Positions 22,981-30,549 of a stretch of DNA of 64,000 bases are shown here, piece after piece. The notes beneath the pieces are model-generated. The model saw nothing but the letters and a program-made list of their open reading frames with translations. It did no database searches and had not been told where the DNA came from. The position numbers and the translations under genes were made by a program. Numbering within the stretch: the first letter of the stretch is position 1; every line of letters begins with the position of its first letter. Origin of the DNA: Candidatus Omnitrophota bacterium (GTDB taxonomy: Bacteria > Omnitrophota > Gorgyraeia > Zapsychrales > JANLHA01); the NCBI GenBank assembly GCA_020632535.1, contig JACKFJ010000005.1, forward strand, positions 64,200-128,199. The letters run 5' to 3'.

Positions 22981-23016
22981 GCAAACAAAAACCCAGAATC
23001 CTCGTCGGAAACTGGG
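22981..23016 (-). terminator. Intrinsic terminator closing the orphan structured region
   Basis: Minus strand: ACCCAGTTTCC-GACGA-GGATTCTGGGT imperfect hairpin followed by TTTTTGTTTG. Confidence 0.55.
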
Positions 23017-23029
23017 TTTTTATTTGGTC

Positions 23030-23175
23030 CCGCGGTGCGGGATCTCTTTGCCTTACGGCAAAAATTGTGGGGACAGGATTTGAACTCCCGCATCTGCCCT
23101 CTGGGCAAGCGGGACTTCCTCGCCCCTTTGGGGCTCGGTCGCTGTTAGCTCCGCTACACAATTCCGGCATTCTAT
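23030..23175 (-). ncRNA. Candidate orphan structured RNA, or a decayed att relic; identity unknown
   Basis: GC-rich segment between two terminators with no credible ORF (the four overlapping track ORFs here are mutually exclusive). It contains the hairpin GCCCC-AAA-GGGGC, four CCCGC/GCGGG segments able to pair in alternative ways, and a closing helix AATTGTG…CACAATT. It also contains a 17-nt exact copy of the tRNA-fMet T-arm/acceptor at 23068-23084. Confidence 0.25.
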
Positions 23176-23188
23176 CCCAGTCAGTCAA

Positions 23189-23218
23189 ATAAAAAAGCCC
23201 CGATAAAGGGGCTTTTTT
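23189..23218. terminator. Native terminator hairpin downstream of the displaced tRNA 3' fragment (bidirectional A-run/T-run)
   Basis: AAAAAAGCCCC-GATAAA-GGGGCTTTTTT, read directly. Confidence 0.7.
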
Positions 23219-23220
23219 AT

Positions 23221-23267
23221 TTGGTTGCGGGGACAGGATTTGAACCTGTGACCTTCAGGTTATGAGC
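23221..23267 (-). repeat. Distal att site of the island: duplicated 3' 46 nt of tRNA-fMet (+1 nt)
   Basis: TTGGTTGCGGGGACAGGATTTGAACCTGTGACCTTCAGGTTATGAGC is identical to 51329-51375. Confidence 0.9.
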
Positions 23268-23391
23268 TGGTTTAGGGGGTTTTCATGGTTTTTCGTGTTG
23301 TTTCCTGTTGGTCATTAATAGTATATATTGGAAAGACTTACGTATTTTTGTTTTTCTTCCTGTTTCCTGTTATTTCGCCTTAGGCTGCATG

Positions 23392-23415
23392 AAAGTGTAT
23401 CCCAGCGGTATCCAA
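23392..23415. repeat. 24-nt exact direct repeat, left copy (candidate integrase arm-type site)
   Basis: AAAGTGTATCCCAGCGGTATCCAA is identical to 51247-51270. Internally it is GTATCC-N5-GTATCC. It lies 124 nt inside the left att core. Confidence 0.6.
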
Positions 23416-23508
23416 AGTTAACAATAAAAGTCTCGCAATCGCTTCAGATTTTGAGGCGGTTAACATGCCTAATTGCTTCATTAATATCACCGCAGAAACA
23501 TGCCGTCA

Positions 23509-24519
23509 TTATTCCTCAAATGGTGGATATTGAGGCGGAGCAACACCGGCACGGCTTAGAACTCTTGGCAACTTTCCGATGGAGTTTTCCTGGATCTCTT
23601 TGAATTCAACAATGAACCGCCAGTCGTCGCCATAATCAAACACAAAGAGCATCTTCTTGCCAACATCCTTAAAGACGGATGAAATCTTTGTTTCCTCGAC
23701 ACTCTGGGCCTGATCGTTTGTCGGTTCGGCACCGGCATCAACAAAGGCCTCGTACGCTTCTGTTTGCTCCCGTCCAGGATGTTTATTAATGTCCCCGTAA
23801 AACCCAAAACAATGATCACAATCAAAATCAAAGGCGTCTAAAATAACCTGCGCCAAGTGCACAAGGTTCTTATTACCAGAAACCGCGATCCGGCGCACAA
23901 TATCCGCACCTTCAGCATACTGAATCATTCGTGCTTCAAACACATACGCCGATTGAGTTGGTACCGACCCACGCCGCTTCGATTGCGGTTTCTCTCCGGT
24001 AACCATTTCCCTAAAACATTCAATGGGCACTCCATAATCATGACGGCCTTCGCCTATGGCGCTGCGAAACATTGTGTTTAGCTCCCGGTTAGCGGCCACC
24101 ATAGCTTCGTCACTCGCAAGGTGCGCGAACCTTGATATAATATAGGGAAACTCGAAGAGAATCTGATTCATAGATGCAAGGACGCTGCGGCTGATTGTTT
24201 TGGCAATCGTGATTTCCTGGGCGCGTTTCATAAACTCTTCGATCTGTCCGGCTGAGAACTCCTCATAAAACAGCGCCTTGGACAATTCCTTGCGAAAAAG
24301 CTCCGGCAGACCCTGAATATTTTTACGAGTAACACCCGCCACCACGAAAGAAAACAGCGTTCCGGCATGGGTGAACAGCAAACACTTGCGCCGGTCGATA
24401 TAAAACAAATTGGCATACCATTCCTGCAATGCCCGCGTCTGATCGGAATAGTCCTTAATTTGAGCTTTAGGGATTCCTAACTCTTTCAAGACCTTAGTTG
24501 TACACCGGATAATAATCAT
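23509..24519 (-). CDS. pRiA4b ORF-3-like family protein
   Basis: 336-aa ORF. The C-terminal domain has …FGFYGD…MLFVFDYGDDWRFIVEFKEI…, the DYGDxW signature of PRiA4_ORF3. Confidence 0.55.
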   Translation of the reverse strand: MIIIRCTTKVLKELGIPKAQIKDYSDQTRALQEWYANLFYIDRRKCLLFTHAGTLFSFVVAGVTRKNIQGLPELFRKELSKALFYEEFSAGQIEEFMKRAQEITIAKTISRSVLASMNQILFEFPYIISRFAHLASDEAMVAANRELNTMFRSAIGEGRHDYGVPIECFREMVTGEKPQSKRRGSVPTQSAYVFEARMIQYAEGADIVRRIAVSGNKNLVHLAQVILDAFDFDCDHCFGFYGDINKHPGREQTEAYEAFVDAGAEPTNDQAQSVEETKISSVFKDVGKKMLFVFDYGDDWRFIVEFKEIQENSIGKLPRVLSRAGVAPPQYPPFEE

Positions 24520-24547
24520 ATGAAAATTTTACCGCTTAATATTGCTA

Positions 24548-25060
24548 TTACAACTTTTCTTTTCGCAAGAACGCTGCGACACACGCCTTGATTTGATTGA
24601 ACGCTACAGGGTAAAAATCCCATGCATCCACAGAAACATTGACTATCAAAGAATCCTCATTTAGCCTTCTGACTTTATAACGCTCATGCACATGTCCGCA
24701 AAGATTCAATGGGACCGCCGGATCAGCATGTTCCGGTCGATGCGTCATACAGATATTTTGGGAACCATAATATAGATACATTTTGGTTATTATTGTCTTA
24801 AGGCTATTGCTGTTGTCGTGATTGCCTTTGATAAAGACAAACTTTCCGTTAAGCTTGTTTTCAAGCTCTCCAGCTATCTTGTTCCCGCCCTTAAAGACAA
24901 AGTCACCCAGAAAGAAAACAGTGTCTCCAGGTTTCACCCGTTCATTGTGTCGATGTATGATTGCCTCATTCATTTCCTCAACATTCTTAAATGGGCGACC
25001 ACAATAGCGTATGATATTATGATGCGAAAAATGATAATCTGAAGTCCACCAATAGTTCAT
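24548..25060 (-). CDS. Small calcineurin-like metallophosphoesterase (phage/plasmid type)
   Basis: 170-aa ORF with the motifs SDYHFSH, GDFVF, GNHD and GHVH in canonical order. Confidence 0.75.
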   Translation of the reverse strand: MNYWWTSDYHFSHHNIIRYCGRPFKNVEEMNEAIIHRHNERVKPGDTVFFLGDFVFKGGNKIAGELENKLNGKFVFIKGNHDNSNSLKTIITKMYLYYGSQNICMTHRPEHADPAVPLNLCGHVHERYKVRRLNEDSLIVNVSVDAWDFYPVAFNQIKACVAAFLRKEKL

Positions 25061-25155
25061 CTTTAAAACTCCATTACAAATAGAAAGCCCGCCGATTTGA
25101 GCATTATTAAGAGGCTTGGCGGGCAGATTAGTTTAAATGAATAAACGACTTACTT

Positions 25156-25491
25156 CTAAGCTGAAGCCATCGCTTTCACTATTTGCCTTTTTACAGTTGC
25201 GTTCAACTCTACAACTTTCATCCTGACTGTCATACCAATGTGAAGCAAAACTTTTTCTAATGTCACAATACTACTAAACTCACCATTTTCTATTTTTGAG
25301 ATATGCTGCTGTGAAACACCTACTTCTCTAGCCAAGTCCGCTTGTGTTATTTTCTTTTTAATTCGATAATCAATAATCTTTCGGACAATATTGTATTTCT
25401 GTTGTTCCAATTCATACAACTCCTTAAAGTAAGGATTCTTCAGCTTTTCCTCTAAATGCTCATTAACGGTTATTTCTTTCATTTTTATCAC
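25156..25491 (-). CDS. higA: XRE-family HTH antitoxin (HigA-like)
   Basis: 111-aa ORF with the HTH KKITQADLAREVGVSQQHISKIENG. It lies downstream of a RelE/Gp49-like toxin, which is the HigBA gene order. Confidence 0.7.
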   Translation of the reverse strand: MIKMKEITVNEHLEEKLKNPYFKELYELEQQKYNIVRKIIDYRIKKKITQADLAREVGVSQQHISKIENGEFSSIVTLEKVLLHIGMTVRMKVVELNATVKRQIVKAMASA

Positions 25492-25507
25492 CTCTTCTAT
25501 TTAATTC

Positions 25508-25864
25508 TCACTTCTTCATATTTTGTTCTATATAAATTTTCATTCTTCCTTTAGCCGTTTTAATTTCCTTCTTTGGCACCGGCCCTTTTTTCTTTACCAA
25601 CCCATTTGTTAATACTGCTTTTCCTTCATGATAAAAGAAATATAAAATCCGTACCCGGCCTTCAATACCAAAAAATCTTAACTCATAAATCTCATCTTCT
25701 AAATGTTTCGCGTGCGGCTCTGGCAAACTCTTCCCATAATCACTTAATAAGTTTATAACTTCAAAATATTTCTGTTGAGATCGCTCATCCAATGAATCAA
25801 TAAATTCCTTAGCGGGCATCCTTCCAGAAGCTGTCTGGAAATAAACGCATTTAATTTTCTTCAT
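25508..25864 (-). CDS. higB: RelE/ParE-superfamily toxin, phage Gp49-like (HigB-like)
   Basis: 118-aa ORF (…HLEDEIYELRF…RILYFFYHEGKAVLTNGLVKK…), toxin-first arrangement. Confidence 0.7.
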   Translation of the reverse strand: MKKIKCVYFQTASGRMPAKEFIDSLDERSQQKYFEVINLLSDYGKSLPEPHAKHLEDEIYELRFFGIEGRVRILYFFYHEGKAVLTNGLVKKKGPVPKKEIKTAKGRMKIYIEQNMKK

Positions 25865-25892
25865 AGAGATCTCTTTCTTTCATTTCAAGTAT

Positions 25893-25908
25893 ACAACTAT
25901 ATAGTTGT
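25893..25908. promoter_or_regulatory. Perfect 16-bp palindrome ACAACTATATAGTTGT upstream of higB; candidate HigA operator
   Basis: Read directly. The 10-bp core palindrome ACTATATAGT recurs at 25965-25974, 69 bp away. Confidence 0.5.
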
Positions 25909-26128
25909 TAAGTCAAGGGCCAATTATTACCTATTATTCAAGCGATATAATGATGGATCATTAAACTATATAGTCAATAATATTATACAACTCAATATTT
26001 TGTAATATGTTACGTGTTTTATTATATAATACATGCTACAATAATTCAATTAATCGTTCGTACTCAAATAAAATATCCACTGCAAAACAAAACTAGCAAA
26101 AACAAGGCAACTGTAGTAATCTAAACTA

Positions 26129-27031
26129 ATGAAAAGCATAAATTCATTTGGGATCTATCACAACCCACCCCTCATTATCGACCACACCCGCGACATATTA
26201 ATAGATCCAAACAATACGAAAATCCTAAGCCAAAAAGTTGCTACCACCAAAATTAAACCTGGTTATAAAATTGATGTATTTGTTGATGGCCTTTTTAAAT
26301 TCACACCTAAACAGCCCGTGAGTTATTCTGATATAGAACAAATGACAAACATCTTTTTCTTTTGTCTTTATGCAAAATTAAGATTCTTCTTGCCGAAAAT
26401 GAATGCCTCTCTTTATGAAGTTATTCATTACAACAAAAATAATAAAATAAAAAATTACGGCATCAACCCTCTGAATAAGATATTCTTTGAAGCCAGAGAT
26501 CCGAGCACATACAAAGCACATCCTATACTTGATTGGCGCAACAAATTTAGATACGAAATCAAATCATCATCAATTAAGAATGCTGCACAACTTGCTGAGA
26601 AACTGTTAAATCTAGACATAGATCTAACGATATTTAATCTAATCAATAAAAGTCATGTTGCTTACCAAAACTATGATTTCAACATGACACTGGCGTTCAA
26701 TTGGTTAGCCGCAGAATATTTCCTAAGTAAGCTTTTTGACAATTTCATTTCTAAAAACCGGAAGACTATTAACCGTGACCGGAAATCAACTCTTGAACAT
26801 TACATGGTGTCGGAGAAAATTGAAATAATGAATTTGTCTGGCCTAATTGACTTCAACCTCTATCAAGAAATTTCACATATACGAAAAAAAAGGAATAAAT
26901 ATTTTCACGATTTAAGACCCATCAATAAGGAAGATGCGGTGAGAAGCATTGAACTCACGCAATCCTTCTTGAAAATCTTTTATAACTTACAATTAAATTT
27001 CCGATATGGCCTTTTTATCGCAGGGATTTAA
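26129..27031 (+). CDS. AT-rich orphan protein with a C-terminal HEPN-type RNxxxH motif (possible Abi-like effector)
   Basis: 300-aa ORF and the only plus-strand gene in the island. Visibly very AT-rich. Motif …ISHIRKKRNKYFHDL… (R-x4-H with N after R) sits near the C-terminus. Confidence 0.35.
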   Translation: MKSINSFGIYHNPPLIIDHTRDILIDPNNTKILSQKVATTKIKPGYKIDVFVDGLFKFTPKQPVSYSDIEQMTNIFFFCLYAKLRFFLPKMNASLYEVIHYNKNNKIKNYGINPLNKIFFEARDPSTYKAHPILDWRNKFRYEIKSSSIKNAAQLAEKLLNLDIDLTIFNLINKSHVAYQNYDFNMTLAFNWLAAEYFLSKLFDNFISKNRKTINRDRKSTLEHYMVSEKIEIMNLSGLIDFNLYQEISHIRKKRNKYFHDLRPINKEDAVRSIELTQSFLKIFYNLQLNFRYGLFIAGI

Positions 27032-27040
27032 TTAAACGCC

Positions 27041-28279
27041 TCAGTCTTTGTTCACCTCTTCAATTTTTCCTTCGTCCTTCGCCGCAAATACTTTCTCATC
27101 CAACCTTACCCCCACATCCGCATAGTGGCCCAGGTGCATCATGTGGCCGTAGCGGTCGATGGTCGTCTGAATCGAGGCGTGGCCCAACTGACTTTGGATA
27201 AACTTGAGGTTTTCGCCCTGGTCAATAAGCAAGCTGGCGTAGGAATGGCGTAGGTCATGGAAGCGCACCTTTCTCAGGCCTGCCGCTTCTAATGCCGGAT
27301 GAAACCCGCGCTTAATCAAATTATCCGGATCAATGGGCTGCCCGGCTCCATTGGTAAAAATCAAATCGCTTTTATTGGGCTCATTCTTCTTCTCTGCCAA
27401 TTCGGCTAGCCTAACCGTTTCATTAAACTTGTGATCTTCCAAAGCCTTCTTCAATGATGGCGGCAAGATAATGGTCCGCATTGAAGTTTTTGTTTTTGGT
27501 GTATCGAATCGCCATCTCGGGACATCCTCTCCCTTCTTGGGCCGATTGTCCCATTTCAAACTTCGCTGCACACGAATGGTATTGCTGTTCCAATCAATGT
27601 CACCCCATTGCAAGCCCAACAGTTCGCCTTTGCGCATTCCCGTCATGACAGCGGTATGAATCATGGTTTTGTATGGCTCGACGCTATGTTGTAAGACCAA
27701 TTGAATTTCCGCAGGATTAAGATAATCCATTTCTAAATGCTCTTCGCGGTAGCAATCAATATCCCATGCCGGATTGTCTTTGATATATTTCCAGCGCCGG
27801 GCATATTTGAAAAGCGTCTTAAGCATCTTGAGCATTTTATTAACTGTATTTGCGCACAACTTATCCAACTTGCCGGACAAATACCCTTCAAGTTCCTCTT
27901 GGGTAATCTCTGAAATATCCTTCTCGCCGAACACCGGAATCAAATGATTGCGAATATATCCACGATACGTTATATACGTGCTTCGCTTGACGCGGCACTC
28001 CGCATAATCCTTCAGCCATTTTTCAGAAAAAACCTTAAATGGCATTTCCGGCTCATCCTTTTGGAAAAAGGTCCCATCATGGACCTGAGCATACAATTCA
28101 GCTAACCGGGCATCTGCATTTCTCTTACTGAAACCAATGGTTTCCCGGTATCGCTTACCATCGACACGATAGTCCACAATATATTTTCGTTTACTTTTAC
28201 ACGCACACGGGCCAAACCCGCTCAATCCTTTACCCCGGCAGTCATCACACCGGCTAATGACTTTCCCTGATATTTTCAT
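27041..28279 (-). CDS. int: Tyrosine site-specific integrase with N-terminal Cys-rich/arm-binding-type extension
   Basis: ORF track gives 27041..28432. I moved the start to ATG 28279 (AAGGAGG RBS 8 nt upstream; MKISGKVISRCDDCRGKG…). The catalytic region has …RFHDLRHSYASLL…LGHASIQTTIDRYGHM. Confidence 0.9.
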   Translation of the reverse strand: MKISGKVISRCDDCRGKGLSGFGPCACKSKRKYIVDYRVDGKRYRETIGFSKRNADARLAELYAQVHDGTFFQKDEPEMPFKVFSEKWLKDYAECRVKRSTYITYRGYIRNHLIPVFGEKDISEITQEELEGYLSGKLDKLCANTVNKMLKMLKTLFKYARRWKYIKDNPAWDIDCYREEHLEMDYLNPAEIQLVLQHSVEPYKTMIHTAVMTGMRKGELLGLQWGDIDWNSNTIRVQRSLKWDNRPKKGEDVPRWRFDTPKTKTSMRTIILPPSLKKALEDHKFNETVRLAELAEKKNEPNKSDLIFTNGAGQPIDPDNLIKRGFHPALEAAGLRKVRFHDLRHSYASLLIDQGENLKFIQSQLGHASIQTTIDRYGHMMHLGHYADVGVRLDEKVFAAKDEGKIEEVNKD

Positions 28280-28450
28280 GAAAAATACCTCCTTGAAAAA
28301 AGTAATTACTTTTTTGTAAATTATTGCCCTACAATGGTTAAAGTATAATACAAGCTGCCCCGAAATGCCAACTTCATGACACCCGGGACAGCTCATATTT
28401 TTTAAAAACTTCTTATAATTATCAACGTCCATTGCCTTGTTCTTGTTGAG

Positions 28451-28630
28451 TTATTTATCTTGATTCTCAAAGAACCGAAGCACTTCCTCAACCCGAAACC
28501 GAACATACTTCCCAATCTTCACGTGCGGGATCGCATCCGGCCCCATAGAGGTTCGCGCATAAATCCAGCTCTTTGGAACTCGCAATATTTCGGCAATTTC
28601 CGAAACAGTTACTAATCGATTTTGTTCCAT
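28451..28630 (-). CDS. xis: Excisionase/AlpA-type HTH DNA-binding protein
   Basis: 59-aa ORF below the track cutoff, translated by hand: MEQNRLVTVSEIAEILRVPKSWIYARTSMGPDAIPHVKIGKYVRFRVEEVLRFFENQDK. It lies directly upstream of int. Confidence 0.7.
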   Translation of the reverse strand: MEQNRLVTVSEIAEILRVPKSWIYARTSMGPDAIPHVKIGKYVRFRVEEVLRFFENQDK

Positions 28631-28632
28631 TT

Positions 28633-29034
28633 TTACGAATTTAATTCATCAACACATTTATCATGAATAAGAAACGTGCTATGACCGTTCCATTCTGACG
28701 GTATAGTGGTTTTAAAATCATGCTTTTTCGGATCGCTCTTCATGATATAATTTGCCACACTCATCCTTCCCACATGATACACCTGTCCGTTCCTGACAGG
28801 CTTTCCACATTTGCCACACACGCCAATAATCGTGCCTTCTCGGATAGCCTCTTCTCCTTCCAACAATCTTTTGTACTCCTGCCAGCACTTACCAGCGTGG
28901 ACCAAACACTTAACCCCACTCTCATAGACATGTACTAAAACATGTCGAGAATACATCGGGATTTCCTTAAGGCAAATGACACATGTTTCAGGACTATTTA
29001 CTGACTCTTTAAAAAGAGACTCGAAATTTAACAT
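28633..29034 (-). CDS. Hypothetical Cys-rich (zinc-finger-like) protein
   Basis: 133-aa ORF with the CxxC pairs CVIC…CLVHAGKC…CGKCGK. Tightly packed in the mobility module. Confidence 0.45.
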   Translation of the reverse strand: MLNFESLFKESVNSPETCVICLKEIPMYSRHVLVHVYESGVKCLVHAGKCWQEYKRLLEGEEAIREGTIIGVCGKCGKPVRNGQVYHVGRMSVANYIMKSDPKKHDFKTTIPSEWNGHSTFLIHDKCVDELNS

Positions 29035-29036
29035 TT

Positions 29037-29399
29037 TTAGTCCTCCTTATTTTTTAACTCCGGCCTATACGGAATAATCCGATGGGCCAGACGTTTTTCT
29101 TTATCTTTTAACCACGCGCTGTTTTGAGCAAAACGTTTGCGCGGGGACCAGGCCTTAATAACTTTGTATAAATCTGCTTTATCTATGTCGGCAAGATATA
29201 GCTTGTCATCCGTCGACCATTCGTTAAAGATAGGGCAAACTTTCTTCAAGTTATTGAAGGCTTTTTGACTGAAACAATGGATTCTAAGGATGCCTTCTTC
29301 ATACCGGAAGACTTCCCCGAATTTGAGCAACAAAAAGTAGTCACCCAGCTCATCCTTCCAAAGAAGGTGTCTGTGCTGCTCCGTTATTAGTTCTTTCAT
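29037..29399 (-). CDS. Hypothetical protein
   Basis: 120-aa ORF, 2 nt from the next gene. No motif recognised. Confidence 0.45.
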   Translation of the reverse strand: MKELITEQHRHLLWKDELGDYFLLLKFGEVFRYEEGILRIHCFSQKAFNNLKKVCPIFNEWSTDDKLYLADIDKADLYKVIKAWSPRKRFAQNSAWLKDKEKRLAHRIIPYRPELKNKED

Positions 29400-29497
29400 T
29401 TCGATTTTCCTTGTTTGAAAAGATTACCTCTCCCGGGGTCAACGAAATAGGAGACACAAGGAAACAATAGGCAGGTTCACAGAATTTTTTATTTAGC

Positions 29498-30262
29498 TCA
29501 TAATCGATCCTCCTTTTCATTCCGCAGAAATATAGCAACTCCATCCCTGCACACATATGAGTTATTATGGGTTGGGGATGTCCACGGCAGAAAACGATAA
29601 CCGTTTGATAGCTTGCTGAACATTCCCTTTTTACCGACTACAACCTTTTCAATTACTCCTTCGAGAATGAGTATTTGAATTTTTCTGTATACATCCTTTG
29701 GGTCTGGTCTGCTGTTATATCGCTCCAGAATAAGCGAACATATTTTTCGATAACTGATATAAATCAGCTCTCCTTTCGCCTGTTCCTTCTGAAACCACAA
29801 CAAAGTATCCAATACCATATTGATTCCATACCCTTGGGCTTTGTAACGTTCTTCCAGGAACGCCCTCAGTTCCTGATAATTAAACGGCAACTGCTGCACC
29901 CTCTGGTATTTTGTACGATTTTGATGTATACAGTAACGACACCGTTCTTTGCCAAGGCAATAATCAAACATCGCCCTGCACCCAACCTTACAATCATGTT
30001 GGAATACCCAATCAACGTACCCGCACAATTGAATTTTTTGCTCACTTAATCCTAAGGGCCGTTCACAACGCTCATTCCATTCAATGAGTTTTTGTTTTAT
30101 TTCTGCCTTTTCGTAGCCAAGCCTTTTTAACTCGACAACAATGGCATGTCGCATCTTATGAAACTCATCTCCACGCTGTGAACCATTCAAGAAGGCCTCT
30201 TTGACACAATCCATCATGCGGTCCAATTCAATATAAGTTTGTTTAATCATTTGTTTTTTCAA
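29498..30262 (-). CDS. PriCT-like helical domain + wHTH protein; candidate replication initiator of the element
   Basis: 254-aa ORF. …MRHAIVVELKRLGYEKAEIKQKLIEWNERCERPLGLSEQKI… resembles primase-C-terminal (PriCT) domains. Three iterons lie in its upstream region. Confidence 0.4.
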   Translation of the reverse strand: MKKQMIKQTYIELDRMMDCVKEAFLNGSQRGDEFHKMRHAIVVELKRLGYEKAEIKQKLIEWNERCERPLGLSEQKIQLCGYVDWVFQHDCKVGCRAMFDYCLGKERCRYCIHQNRTKYQRVQQLPFNYQELRAFLEERYKAQGYGINMVLDTLLWFQKEQAKGELIYISYRKICSLILERYNSRPDPKDVYRKIQILILEGVIEKVVVGKKGMFSKLSNGYRFLPWTSPTHNNSYVCRDGVAIFLRNEKEDRL

Positions 30263-30368
30263 AGCACATCGTTCACCTCCTATTCATAACTTATTTATTC
30301 CCAAATACTTAAATTAGATAAATCACCTCCTTAAAAGATTCCCAAAACAAGCACCCCCCGTATTACAA

Positions 30369-30528
30369 GAGTATCCGAAACCCTAGGACAACTCTTCTCC
30401 TCAGGGAAAAGGACACATTTGCTCCCGCTTTAAAGGAGTATCAGAAACCCTGGGACAGAGTTAATTCTTGGGGGAAATACTTTTGCAGGATGCTTCTAAT
30501 GTATATGAGTATCAGAAAGGGTAGGACA
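30369..30528. repeat. Three 22-bp iteron-like direct repeats GAGTATC(C/A)GAAA(CCC/GGG)T(A/G)GGACA
   Basis: Copies at 30369-30390, 30436-30457 and 30507-30528 (spacing 67 and 71 bp) in a 287-bp non-coding gap. Confidence 0.65.
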
Positions 30529-30549
30529 AATGCAGATGGCCTAACTAAA

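Noticed and set aside
23030-23175. tRNA-Sec/suppressor tRNA (the stem-loop GCGGGA-GTTCAAA-TCCTGT presents a UCA triplet) or a truncated RNase P RNA (GAGGAAGTCC P4-like string).
   Set aside because: - No cloverleaf can be built. The would-be D and T arms have 3-nt loops and there is no complementary acceptor 3' strand.
- The TTCAAATCC is simply the copied T-loop of tRNA-fMet.
- The segment is less than half the length of any bacterial RNase P RNA and lacks the other universally conserved regions.
22923-23192. Four overlapping 61-86-aa ORFs from the track (22923..23108, 22928..23188, 22944..23192, 22954..23148).
   Set aside because: - They are mutually overlapping on both strands.
- They have no RBS and show Arg/Gly/Pro-rich low-complexity translations typical of a GC-rich structured non-coding region.
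- The region is bracketed by terminators.
27041-28432. N-terminal extensions given by the ORF track for the integrase (463 aa), purN (58320..59135), ftsH (53288 start) and the spermidine-synthase-like gene (4247 start).
   Set aside because: Internal ATG codons with good Shine-Dalgarno sequences (28279, 59000, 53351, 4334) match the expected protein N-termini. The purN extension would overlap the upstream gene.
30369-30528. CRISPR array (regularly spaced repeats here, and also at 51455-51547).
   Set aside because: - There are only three imperfect 13-22-nt repeats and the spacing is unequal (67/71 bp).
- No cas genes are in the window.
- The context fits iterons and promoter-region repeats better.
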